The notes under the pieces were generated by a model. It made no database searches, was not told where the DNA came from, and was given only the letters and a program-made list of their open reading frames with translations. A stretch of 63,504 nt of DNA, the filler included, from Octopus bimaculoides (lineage: Eukaryota): the NCBI RefSeq assembly GCF_001194135.2. It is 7 parts of 5 records of this genome, joined end to end, with 100 filler letters (N's around TTAATTAATTAA, not from the genome) between each part and the next. Parts side by side here need not be neighbours in the genome. Positions count along the whole stretch, not along the records: positions 1 to 3,941 come from NC_068981.1; positions 4,042 to 11,764 come from NC_068981.1; positions 11,865 to 15,488 come from NC_068985.1; 4 more parts are not named here. One strand, given 5' to 3'. Each line of letters opens with the position of its first letter. Within the stretch, counting starts at the first letter, position 1. The position numbers were made by a program, and so were the translations under genes. This document shows, piece by piece, positions 1 to 12,027 of the stretch.

Positions 1-167
1 AGCCACAACATCCTCGTCATTACCTGTATCATCATCATGACCACCATCGTCGTCACCATCTCCACATCCTCAAAATCATCACCTCTATTCTACTCATCAA
101 TATCATTATCACTATCGTCATCATCATCACCAACATTTTCATCGTCATCACCATTATCATCGTCACA
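1..167. repeat. Degenerate (CAT/TCA)n microsatellite
   Basis: Runs of atcatc/tcatca; the Ser/Thr-rich ORF 37-264 is a by-product. Confidence 0.8.
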
Positions 168-344
168 GAATCAATTGTTTGGAGAGAGTACAATTATCTC
201 AAATTTAAGCTATATTCCAACAGTACTTGGCCTAGATTCGAACTTACAACTTAAAACGACATGACTTGTATTTGTCGCTAAATATTTTTATCCAATCATT
301 TACCTTAATCGTATTGGTATTATTACCAATGAAATTAAATATTC

Positions 345-441
345 TTTTCTACTCTGGACACAAGGCCCTAAAATTTTTGGGAAGGGACCAGTCGATTAGA
401 TCGATTCAGTACGCAACTGATACTTAATTTATCGACCCTGG
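345..441 (-). mobile_element. SINE family A, 3' fragment
   Basis: Shares gtcgatta..atcga..gtacttaatttatcgaccc with the fuller copies at 4795 and 26442. Confidence 0.6.
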
Positions 442-2651
442 TATATAATTTTAATATAATTTATTTAGAATGGAAAGCCTTTGCAAGATTTATGGTTAGA
501 AAATTGAGGGACGAATAACTTTTCTTTAGTTAGTTTCGTGATTGCAGATTTGACCAATTTTACATAGGTGAAATTTCAGAACATCTCTCGTCGAATTTAT
601 TCTCAGTTATAAATTAGTTAACATTATCTACAATTTGTCGATATTCAAACAGAATTACTTATACATCGCTTAGTTTGAAATTGTCTCACTTACTCGGGAA
701 CACATGACAACTGTGCCAGATAAATATTATTTCTAACTAAATATTATTTCACTATGGTTATATGTGGGGAACATCAACCTCAGGAATGAACCAAATTGCA
801 CGATTAGTGACATTATATAGAAACAGAAATTAATTACATTAGTGCGTTTCTTCAACCTATTACGCGCGAATATCATTACTTTAAGATATATGTAGATTAG
901 ATCATTGATCGGTGCATTTGCTATTCCTTCATACTTTTGAACGTGGATATATAGCTCTTTGTGTTAATTTTCCTAAAACGAACACAGATTTACTTCTATC
1001 CCAGTACTGGACCAATAATTGTTTTCTCCATTCCAGAAGGTAAGAAAATAACAAAGATGATTTTTGTGACAACTGGAACCAAAGCATAAACGGACTGTAC
1101 CAAAATGTATTTTTTCCGATACGTTATCGATTCTAACAATCCATCACCCTGAAAGATGAAAATATGCTTCAAAATAAAATGCTATAGCACATTTTTATTA
1201 CTACAAATGTTTTGTAAATCAAAATTTGTGTATGTCTCAACTAGAATTTCATATACTTCAAAAAAACGTTTCATAAATAGTGAATCCGAATCGTCTAACA
1301 TTGATAGTTCGATCTGAATTAGCTTCATTTAAAGTATCGATTACATAAGACTAGATAAAAAAATAAATTATCGATGGAAACTGAGAGGTCGCATGTTCAA
1401 AACTACGATAGCACTGAATGTAAATTGAAGAAATATATTCTAAATTAGTAATCAAGTAACAATCGTAGGTTCGTGCCTGACAGGATAATCATTGTTTCAT
1501 TAATGTCTTATGAGTGAAATGTAAATACTTTCACAATTGATTATAAAATATTTACATGTTCTCCACCGACAGCGAGCGAGTTCTCTACAACTTTTCCACT
1601 GCATTATTTGTCACTTAGAAATCTTTTATTGTTTGGTGAGATAAATTAGAGACAAGACTTACAAGTTTGTGTATAAGATCAGAGAATGGCATGCGTATTA
1701 CAGCTCTTAATAATGTATGACTGTGCAGTTAAAGCCTCAAGTAAATGCTTCTGCATGTAGTTATATGTGTGGCTCTGTGTGTATATATGTGTAAAGGAGG
1801 GCGTGTGCGTGAGCGCGTGTAAAATATGTATATGTAATATATGCATGCATACATGCATACGTACGCACACTCATTGATATTTTACACACACGTACATAAC
1901 TATTTACACATTCACTTGTACGCGTGTACTAAGTGTCTAGCAGTTCATTAATGCTTGTTTGATAAAAGCAATTAGCAATTTAATTAGCTAATTTAAAGTT
2001 AAGACAGTCTCACTCTCCAATAGCTGTCTGCCCATCTGCTCACCGTGCACTCGCTCACTCATTGTCGAGCAATTTCGATTTTGGAAATTCGATTCTCGAA
2101 CAATTTCTGTTTGAGATTTTGTATATAGTATTTCAGTACGAATGGTCTTCGTATTTCTCAACTAATTTGATAATCCCATATGACTTTGTGCATATGTGTG
2201 AGTATATGTTTGTGTGCGCGTGTGCATGCAGGGAATATATATTGCGGTGTAGTATAGAATTTGGCAAGGTCAATTCTTGTTGCGTATTTTCTTGTCAGCC
2301 ACGTCCTCTGTTCTAAGACATCTACGAACAAAGTTCTGAAACAGTTGCAAACACGGATTACTGTAACTCTCACGCAATATCTTTCCATATGTTATAGTTT
2401 TACTAACATAGTAGATCGTGAGCCCGAGGAGATTTGGTTGTTATTTCCAACAGACGGAGCAAGAGCACAACGCTTTTTGGCTAAGGGTAACGAAATTTGG
2501 ATTTTTTTAAATAATCGTATTATTAAGGAAACCAGATTCATAAGCGTTCATGCAAGAATCTTTCGACATTTGAGTCACTATATGACTTCTGACGATTAAA
2601 TAATACATACGAACACACAATATACATATATATACACATGCATATTTATAC

Positions 2652-2807
2652 ATGTGTGTGTGTGTGTGTGTGTGTATGTGTGCGTGTGCGTGTGCGTGTG
2701 CGTTCCTCTAAATTTCTTCAAGGTGGTTCCCAGCATGGTCATTTCTCGATGGCTGAAAATATAGATAAAAGATATAGACAGACAGACAAATAGATAGATA
2801 GATAGAT

Positions 2808-2902
<95 letters not shown>

Positions 2903-3005
2903 CAGATACATACATACATACATACATACATACATGCATACTTACATACATACATACATACATAGATCGATAGATCGATAGATAGATAGATAAATAGATA
3001 GATAG
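2652..3005. repeat. Compound microsatellite (TG)n/(AGAC)n/(AGAT)n/(ACAT)n around a SINE family B 3' tail (~2704-2775)
   Basis: Direct inspection; tail caaggtggttcccagcatgg..gataaaagata matches family B ends. Confidence 0.8.
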
Positions 3006-3941
3006 AAAATCAAATGCAAAATCCACCACAAAAGTAGAAGAGACGGATGGTAAAAGTAAATTTTACAAATTTAATGCTCAAAGAAGGAAAAGATTCTATA
3101 ATAAAAGTTATACCGTAAAGAGAATTTATTATTTTATACATACTCGCACAGGCAAAAGCTGTTACAACTATGCCATTATACATATTAATTCATAGATAGA
3201 AACATAGTGATATGCGCACACTCACAGACACGCGCGCGCGCGTATTGCTCATTCACCATGCATATATTTACATATCCACCACAGTGTAGAGTTAGAGACA
3301 TATCCACCACTGTGTAGAGTTAGAGATTGTTTCTTACTGTACTTTTTAAGATTAGAACCTTCAGTGTAAATTATTCGACATTTCATAAGTGCTGTTTTTA
3401 TATCCGGAAGTCTGGTAGATTAATTATAACAAGAAACAGCTCTCATAGAAAGGCACCCCTTAATGGTCAATTAGATTCACAGCAAACTCATGCTGCCTTC
3501 TAGCCCTTTATGTTATTTTTTTATTTCATTTACACCTTTTAATGTATATTTATTATTTTTTTCTTCCGTCAGTGTATTTTTTACGTTATATTTATATTTA
3601 TAATCTTCCACGCTCAATTCCTTTCGAGAAATTCAAATATTATCACGCTTTGTTAAGTAGATGACTAAAATGCTGTACAATATTTCTATATATTTTTGTT
3701 CTTCTGTCTTTTATGATTTATTTAATTTCAACAACAAGAGTAGCTTATGAATTTATTTATTTCCATTACTTTTTTAATAATTTGTGCGTGACCTTGTTTC
3801 AGTTTAGCTCAAAATAGTGCATTGGATTTATTTAGTTGATAAATCAAAAAATTAAAACAGCATGTAAGTATTACTGAACTCACCCTGTGTGACCGGACAG
3901 AACAATATATACATTTCATATGTATATATATATATATATAT

Positions 3942-4041
3942 NNNNNNNNNNNNNNNNNNNNNNNNNNNNNNNNNNNNNNNNNNNNTTAATTAATTAANNN
4001 NNNNNNNNNNNNNNNNNNNNNNNNNNNNNNNNNNNNNNNNN
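3942..4041. other. Artificial scaffold join: 44 N + TTAATTAATTAA (3986-3997) + 44 N
   Basis: Identical 100-nt cassette recurs six times; the 12-mer has stops in all six frames. Confidence 0.95.
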
Positions 4042-4059
4042 TATATATGTATGTGTATG

Positions 4060-4109
<50 letters not shown>

Positions 4110-4794
4110 TGTGTGTGTTGTGCATATATATATATATATATATCTGCATACGCCGAATGAAATAGCAGTTCGTTGGGTAATGGAATTGTTAGAGCAACGA
4201 ACGAAATATCTTTAGGCATCTGTTCCCACTCTTTGCGTTCTAATTTCAAATTCTCCAGTTTAGTCGAATAGAATCAATAATAAGGTTATTGTAAAGCACT
4301 GGCATGGAACCCACTATAAAGAGTGCATATCTGAAGTGAATTAACTTATAAAAACAAATGCCGAGTGGGTCCATAAAAGTTCTATGGATACGGAAGATGT
4401 CGTAGAATTTTTATATAAAAGTGCACACACGTGTGTGTGTGTGTGTGTGTGTGTACGTGTTAAAATTTGAAAACTGCTTGGTTGTGCAATACAGAATCGT
4501 GTGCGCTGACTATTGTTTGTCCTTAAATAAACACTCCTAGAGAGAGAGAGAAAAAAAAATTCATCATCAAAAAGTAGCAAAACTCTTGTATGTACATATA
4601 AGCCATTGTTGTGTCCCTGTAGGCTTAGAATCACGGATATTAAGAGGACGGATAGCTAGCGGGTGGATTTCAGGGTGGAGTGTGTGTATATCAGGGTGAG
4701 AGTTGATTGTGACTCGCAAAACAGACGTAAATATGGAAAATAATCCTGATCCTCTTTGAGATAAAATAAAATGAGAAAAAAGCAGAAAATAGTG

Positions 4795-5003
4795 CTTTCT
4801 ACTAAAGGAACAAGGCGGGAAATTTTGGGGGAAGGGACTAGTCGATTACATCGACCCTAGTATTTCACTGGTACTTAATTTATCGACCCCTGAAAGGATG
4901 AAAGGCAAAGTCGACTTCGGTGGAATTTGAACTCAGAACGTAGCGACAGGCGAAATACTGCTAAACATTTCGTCCAGCGTGCTAATGATTCTGCCAGCTC
5001 GCC
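4795..5003 (-). mobile_element. tRNA-derived SINE family A (head ggcgagctggcagaatcgttagc)
   Basis: Reverse strand gives A-box-like GCTGGCAGAATC, B-box-like GAGTTCAAATTCC and the family body shared with 11514, 23113, 26442 and 42325. Confidence 0.85.
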
Positions 5004-5057
5004 GCTTTTGCCAGACAGAAAACAATAACAACAGCATCATCACTAATGATAACAGTT

Positions 5058-5262
5058 GTTTCAAGTTTTTGGCACAAAGCCAGCAACTTTAGGAGAGGGG
5101 GGGTAAGTCGATTACTTTGACCCCAGTGTTCAACTGGTACTCATCTTATGGACCCCGAAAGGATGAAAGGCAACGTCGACCTCGGCAGAATTTGAACCCA
5201 GAACGTAGAGACGGACGAAATGCAGCTAAGCATTTTGCCCGGCGTATTAACGATTCTGCCAG
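5058..5262 (-). mobile_element. SINE family A
   Basis: Same body as the 4795-5003 copy, in tandem with it. Confidence 0.85.
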
Positions 5263-8060
5263 ACCTACATAAAAGATGCAAAAGGCATTGCAATTTAACA
5301 GAAAATCCCAGAGGGGCTTCTACATGTACACAGATTTACAAAAAATGTAGGTAACAAAAAAATTTTGACAAATGAAATTTCCCCCATAGGGATGAGACAG
5401 GTGCCCGTGGAAACCCCACAAAAAGCCTGGTTCCTCTGACCATTTAGATAAGCTCCTTCCTGTTTAATCTTTTGATCTAAAAGCACATGTTCAGAACATG
5501 CAATTTCATTCGGACCATGCTCACCACTGTCATCCACCTTTTAGACGAATTTACTGGAAGGCAACACTTCGCTGCTCACATCCAGTTTTCTTTCCGAAAG
5601 AAACCTGGATAAGTTGATGAGGGCTTTCTCAAAGAAGTATCTGGCTTCAGCCCTTTCAGTCTGGTCCACCACACAACTTCTTTCACTATGGCCTCCAGAC
5701 AGATAAGCATTACCTGTCCTTCTTGACTAAAGGAAGGCGGCGGGACAGTCTTCACAACACACTCAGCCAGATTTGTCCTACATGTGACAGCAGCTGTTCG
5801 ACATAAATCCATAAATCAGCAACCCTCAATCACTGGAAAAGTACTGAACAGTTTCGTCGCTCTGCGCGAATCAATGTAGTACAGCCAGGCTAAATACTTC
5901 TGGAAGTTATCTACAGGCTCTTATTCAATAGTTTTCCGGAACAAACCAGCCAGTCGATTTCCATCGTCACCCAGAGTTTCCCTAACAGCATCACTCCACT
6001 GACCCGCCACTAGTACCGATAGAATGCCATCATGGAACTTCCACCGATTTTATTGCCCATCTACCAAAGGCTGTGAGCATTTGACGTCACTCAAGGTACT
6101 AGGCGCCCTGTCTTGGTCTCCGCTTGATCCAGAATTGTCAAAGAGACGAATTGGTGAAAAACACGTCCAAGAAACATTGGAGATAGTGTTCTCGTCCAGG
6201 AAACATTGGAGATAGTGCAGCCTTAGCGCATGTCTGTACATTATTAACCACGGCTTGCCTAATCTTCCATTCAGCAGGTGTTGACAGCAAACAGAGCATC
6301 TGACCAGAAGAACGCGTCTGACCAGCAGAACGCGTCCGCTCCTTCCACAAAAAAACGGAAGATCAAGCGCTCTAGTCTGTCCAGACGTAAAAAGGAGCAA
6401 AGCACGATGGACATGTAATAGGTGGCGGACGTGATGTAGGTGTGTTTACCTCCTCGGCTTACTTTTCATGCCTGGCTTCTTCTCATCCCATTTCTGAATA
6501 ATACTGACCACCCTGTTCATCATCGTGTCCTAGTTCTTGTCCAATTGGGGATCTGGACCAAAACCGATCCCAAGCAATTTAACCGTCCGTCGACGACCCT
6601 ACAATGTTAGTAGGCGCCAAGGATATTGTTCTCCAGGTGCAGAGCTGCAGGCCCACTGACTTTTACTGGTTAATATTCGCTCCTGTCATCACCTCGTATT
6701 CCCTTATAGCGATGTTGATCACCTCGATATGCTTGGTACAAATCGTCCATTTCCTAGTTCATGCGGGGTGTCTCTCAATGTCTCTAGCTTCCGCATTAGT
6801 GACTCGCTTTAAAGTCAATACATACAGTAGAGGCGCGATTGGACGACCTTGGCTACCGATTGGTGGCCAATTCCTCTGACTATCAAAAGATGTCGCTGTA
6901 CATTGCAGAAATCCAGCCCCTGAAAACGGGACCGAAACCGACTACTTTGAGGACAGCTACCGAGTACCAATGACCGATCTTGTCGAAAGCTTTCGATTTA
7001 TCTATGTTGATCGAGGCTATGGTGTATTGCATGAGGTGGGAGTTGTTGTGGATAGATCTATTTGGGACGGCGCATGTCTGCGACTCACTAATCAGACCAT
7101 CGACGACAAACAACAACATCTTTACTGACACCTTGGCCAAATTTTGAGCTCTGCACTTATGGGCCGAAAATTATCTGTGTGATTCCCTTGTTCGGGTCCT
7201 TCCACAACAGTACCACCGCTCCTCGGCTCATAGAACTGGGAAATCTTCCATTCTACTCTCAGTTGCGGCAAACATCTGCTAAGAAATCGTTGAACAAGTC
7301 TGGCATAGTAGAGTAAAGCTCAGGACAAACCAACCAAATCAAGCGATTTGCCTCTCGTGCAGTCAGATGGGGCTTCCCTTAATTCAGTGGCTGTTATTGT
7401 CCGTTCGCAACACTTCCGAGAGTCGCGATATACCTGCGTGGTAGACACTGAAGTTCATCCTGCAATCAAGCCCCACCTCATTCCGAGCAGTCAAACGAAG
7501 TGCCACTGAAAGGCCACACACATCTACCTGAAATAGAGCAGGACGCGTCCCTCATAATTCACCAAAGACTGAAGTGTGATTTGATACCCTAACCCTAACC
7601 ATGTACTTCTGCAGCTCGGACCATAGAACAGCTTTCTACTTTGGTGTCTTAGAGCACGTGCCTTGGCTCTGACAGCGCAGCCTTCGTGTATGGTATTGAA
7701 GAATTGGTCAAGGGCCCATCATGCTGCAAGCGGATCGGTTCTGAAACTTCTAAATTTTCTAAGTTCCCCTCTAATCTAGTTTTCTCTATCGCTACATGCT
7801 TACTAAACCGTCTCAACTCTATTCTAATCACCCTTTTCAGGGCGAGCTACCATCTGTTGTTGGCGATTTCCCCCTCACCGCCCGCTTAGTTAGTTTGCTA
7901 ATCCAGACTCTGTAAATTTGACGCACCAAGAAAGACGCATTCAGCGTTCAGTAATCAGAGTCCTGCCGATGATTTTTTTTCTAAATCGACTGTACAGATC
8001 ATAATTTTGTAGTCTGTGTAGCTGACAACTTTAAATTGTGTACAAGCCATACTATCTCTA
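5263..8060 (-). mobile_element. Degenerate Tx1/L1-clade LINE ORF2 (APE C-terminus, RT, C-terminal region, 3' UTR)
   Basis: Minus-strand peptides SYTDYKIMICTVD (APE SDH-like motif, ~8000), QTCAVPNRSI..IDKSKAFDKIGHWY..GFGPVFRGWI (RT, 6883-7140), YEVMTGANIN..SVGLQLCTW, KEVVWWTRLKG; many stops and frameshifts. Confidence 0.85.
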
Positions 8061-8379
8061 TCTACTAGCCTACTGATACGATGTGGATGACCTGGTGTGG
8101 TTGGTCCATGTTCACATTCGAGCATCTGGGAAATTCAGTCAGCATCAGATAGACAATTGGAAACATCTAAGCATGCTTGTGAGGCTTTTGCACCCCATCT
8201 CCAATTGGCTAGCCTCACACAGTCCCCGCGTTGCATCCAAAATGCTTAATGACAAAATGGTTCAACAAAAACTAATTCGAGCACCAAATCGACATCTTTT
8301 GCTTTCAAACAACAATATTGCTTTCAAGTTTTGGTACAATGCCAGCAATTTCGAGGGAGGAGTAAGTCGATTACTGGTA

Positions 8380-9000
8380 TAAATCCATTTAGGGAAAGGT
8401 GTGTTGCACAAAAGACACCCACATCTGTTTACCTTCATTTTCGTCATCTTCATTACAGTGAACAAGATATTTCTGTGAGCCTGGGCATCATTAGCGGCGG
8501 TATCCCGACACCATCATGGACTGAATGTTGGCATCAGATTGATTTCATGACCAGCTGAACTTTCTCTTGTATATAAGAAGCAGAAAAGCATACCTTCTAG
8601 TCTCTCAGATGTTTCTTGAGACAAAATACGATAGTCAAACAATAGTATATTACCAAGGTGATACAGTATTAGCGGCTTCTTCCGACTATTCGGAGATTGC
8701 TTCCTCTCGGCGCATTTCTGGATGATACTGGCCATTCTCCTCCGCATCTCTTCCCATTTCCTATTCAAATGGAAGTCTGGTCCAAACCAGAACCGTATCA
8801 CCTAAATCAGGCCCTCAATCTACCAACAGAAATCTTGACGGTGACGTTGCCCGCGTATACAGACACGGCTCTCCTGCAACCCAATTTGAGTGGGATGCCC
8901 TTGAAAACTCCATTCTCCATAGCAATAGCTTATGAGCCATACGGAGTTGAAGAAGAGAAGAAGCATCCTTAACGAGTCGACTGTTCGATGCTAAACGTTT
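8380..9000 (-). mobile_element. Second Tx1/L1-type RT fragment
   Basis: AVSVYAGNVTV (decayed YADD) and WFGPDFHLNRKWEE..IIQKCAERK, typical post-RT Tx1 sequence. Confidence 0.7.
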
Positions 9001-9239
9001 CCATGAGATGGTGATTAGCTTAATTTCACCAACAAAGATAACTACAACAAAAACAACAACAAATATGATGATGATGATGACGGCAACGACAGTGATGATT
9101 TCTTTATTAACCATTAAGGGTTTACAAAAGGATCAAAGATAGTACAGGACGATACAGTTCAATATAGTGTTGGGTTTCATATTAACCTGTAAACAGTAAA
9201 ATAGCAGAAAGCTATCTTGCCATGAGAAAATATTATCTT

Positions 9240-9350
9240 GTGTGGAAACAAATTTAGGGAAGGGAGATAGTCAATCATATAGATTTGGGTGGTACTTGAA
9301 ATTTATCGACCCCTGAAAGATGAAAGATTAAATTGACGTCGGTGGAACAT
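9240..9350 (-). mobile_element. SINE family A, diverged fragment
   Basis: gtacttgaaatttatcgacccctgaaagatgaaag matches the family body. Confidence 0.55.
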
Positions 9351-10453
9351 AGAACGGAAGGGAAGCAACTCCATACCGCTTCAAGGGAGACAACTTGCAC
9401 GTAGCCGTACAATTGAAAATATTTTAATTTAGATAATTTTTAAATTACCTTAAAAATTTTCAATGACTTTTGCATTTATAAAGACATGACTGTTTATATT
9501 GCCAATGCTGAGCCTTAAAACTCTCGTATGTAACGTTACATGGAAATATTTTCTTTATATTATGTATTTGAGGTAAGCAAACTTGAATTTGTTTCAATAG
9601 CGCAATACACAGCAGACAACCTTAGAAACTGTATAACTACAAATTCAGCTGAGAATAGTCGATCTAAGTTTTCTAGGACGGTATTGTCTGCTCAACTGCA
9701 ATATGTTCTGTTATTCAGATTGGTATATATATCATGAATTAATAGTACCTCTAGGTAGTTCTGCGTGTTCCTTTTAATTTTTAATGGGCCAAAAATCTTG
9801 AGTTAAGTATTCTTTCTTTGAGATGAAAGTGGGTGCTCACTGAAAGTGTATGTATGATTATAAACCAGTACATTATTTTAAACATTTAACCTTTCCTTTG
9901 CACATCAATTTCATATGCATTAATTGCAAAATATATGTAAGCACATACACACTTAGAACTTCAAGAGAGTAGTGCTGTCTGACAGAGCTGTCATCACAAC
10001 ATCATAGGACCCCAGGCAAAGCAATGCACTGGACACACTACATTCACAGCAACAGCATACATAGATTAGCACTGGGTTCTCTAGAACTGTGGGAGACCCT
10101 AGTGACTGTGTAGTGGGCTGAAGCCTTTAAACAGTACTGTTTACAGATTAAGTTTCTGAAAATTGTCCATAATACTCGGCAAGAAATATCTTCTTTGTGT
10201 AATTACATCGAATACCAAAGTAATAATCAGACTATCATCATTCATGCCTTAAACAAACCCTCTATAATGCGTGACTGTATTATCCAGTTAGTGCAGTACT
10301 GTGGGAGCACTTGACAACATTCTAATGGCTAAACACCTATCTTCAGTTTATATTTTATTCAATCCAATACTAGAGCTGTAAAAAAAATTAATGGAAAGGC
10401 TTCTTAACGAATTAATGTAACACTGACTTTACTTCAAACTATGTATGTATATA

Positions 10454-10675
10454 TATGAGGGGGTGCTAAAAAGTTCCTGGCTCTAGGTAAAAGAAAATAC
10501 AGGAGGATCAGTTAATTATGATTTTATTCAACATATTCTCCCATCAGATTCACATGCTTAGTGCAGGAGTCCTTCAGTTTTTGTAAGCCCTGTAAAAAAA
10601 CTTGGACAGCTGGGCCCTCAACCAGGCCCTTTCATGGCACCTTTAAAGCCAGAAACTTTACAGCACTCTTTTGTA
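10454..10675. mobile_element. Mariner/Tc1-type MITE, copy 1 of 3
   Basis: TA-flanked ~28-bp TIRs (tgagggggtgctaaaaagttcctggct / agccagaaactttacagcactcttttg); homologous copies at 45931 and 48144. Confidence 0.8.
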
Positions 10676-10686
10676 TGTATATCTGT

Positions 10687-10736
<50 letters not shown>

Positions 10737-10914
10737 NNNNNNNNNNNNNNNNNNNNNNNNNNNNNNNNNNNNNNNNNNNNNNNNNNNNNNNNNNNNNNNN
10801 NNNNNNNNNNNNNNNNNNNNNNNNNNNNNNNNNNNNNNNNNNNNNNNNNNNNNNNNNNNNNNNNNNNNNNNNNNNNNNNNNNNNNNNNNNNNNNNNNNNN
10901 NNNNNNNNNNNNNN

Positions 10915-10947
<33 letters not shown>

Positions 10948-10949
<2 letters not shown>

Positions 10950-11119
10950 TATTCAGGTCAAGCGAGTAATTATACTGGCTTAGCCACATACTTAAAGAAG
11001 ACGCCAAATGTCTCTAAGCAACATTAAAAATATTGTGATACTTTTAAGGTAGATTAGAGACACTTGGCGTCTTAAGTATGTGGCTAAGTCAGTGTACTAA
11101 CTCACTTGACCTGAATATT
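10948..11119. mobile_element. Foldback MITE with ~65-70 bp imperfect inverted arms, TA-flanked
   Basis: aatattcaggtcaagcgagt..gacgccaaatgtctctaa is mirrored by ttagagacacttggcgtc..ctcacttgacctgaatatt. Confidence 0.75.
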
Positions 11120-11136
11120 CATTTATAAATATCAGA

Positions 11137-11242
11137 CTGGAGCCTGGTGTTGCCATCCGGTTTCACCAGTCCTCAGTCAAATCGTCCAACCCATGCTAGC
11201 ATGGAAAGCGGACGTTAAACGATGATGATGATGATGATGATA
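11137..11242 (+). mobile_element. RTE-type 3' tail repeat ending in (GAT)n
   Basis: ccaacccatgctagcatggaaagcggacgttaaac(gat)n; homologous copy at 59830. Confidence 0.7.
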
Positions 11243-11359
11243 ATCTTACTTTAACTGGTTTATTACATGCTATATAGATTTTATCATATATAGATTTTAT
11301 CCTGAATTTTAAAATATATTTATACATACATACATACATGCAAATACGTGTGTAAAAGA

Positions 11360-11764
11360 CTGTGTGGTGATAAGTTTGCTTCCCACCCACACGATTCTGG
11401 GTTTAGTCCTACAGCATGCATGGCACCTTGGCCAAAAGTCTTCTGCTATAGTCCTTGGCTGACCAAAGCTTTGTGAGTAGATTTTGTTGACAGAAACTGA
11501 AAGAAACTGAAAGGCGGCAAGCTGGCAGAAACATTAGCACGCCGGGCGAAATGCTTCGCGGTATTTCATCTGCCATTATGTTCTGAGTTCAAATTCCGCC
11601 GAGGTCGACTTTGCCTTTCATCCTTTTGGGGTCAATAAATTAAGTACCAGTTACAAGCTGGTTTCGATGTAATCGACTTAATCCCTTTGTCTGTCCTTGT
11701 TTGTGCCCTCCATATTTAGCCCCTTGTGGGCAATAAAGAAATAAGAAACTGAAAGAAGCTGTTG
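11360..11764 (+). mobile_element. tRNA-derived SINE family B (5' half) interrupted by a family A SINE
   Basis: Head gtggtgataagtttgcttccc..ccttggcc..gaaactgaaagaagc as in the 60114 copy; insertion described under findings. Confidence 0.8.
11514..11743 (+). mobile_element. SINE family A nested in family B with 12-bp TSD agaaactgaaag
   Basis: TSD at 11502-11513 and 11744-11755. Confidence 0.85.
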
Positions 11765-11864
11765 NNNNNNNNNNNNNNNNNNNNNNNNNNNNNNNNNNNN
11801 NNNNNNNNTTAATTAATTAANNNNNNNNNNNNNNNNNNNNNNNNNNNNNNNNNNNNNNNNNNNN
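11765..11864. other. Artificial scaffold join with TTAATTAATTAA (11809-11820)
   Basis: Same cassette as 3942. Confidence 0.95.
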
Positions 11865-11993
11865 CATGAAGCGACAAAACTGTTTGAAACGGAATCAAGG
11901 TGGTGCTCCAGCATCGCCGCAGTTCTCGGGTTGATAACATTAAAACAATAAAAATATAAAGATTTTGTTTTCTCTCGTTCTGTCCTTCTTATT

Positions 11994-12027
<34 letters not shown>

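Noticed and set aside
3271-3326. 28-bp tandem duplication (similar short arrays at 6164-6218, 38180-38250, 41925-41990) as CRISPR-like repeats
   Set aside because: Head-to-tail slippage duplications without spacers in eukaryotic DNA.
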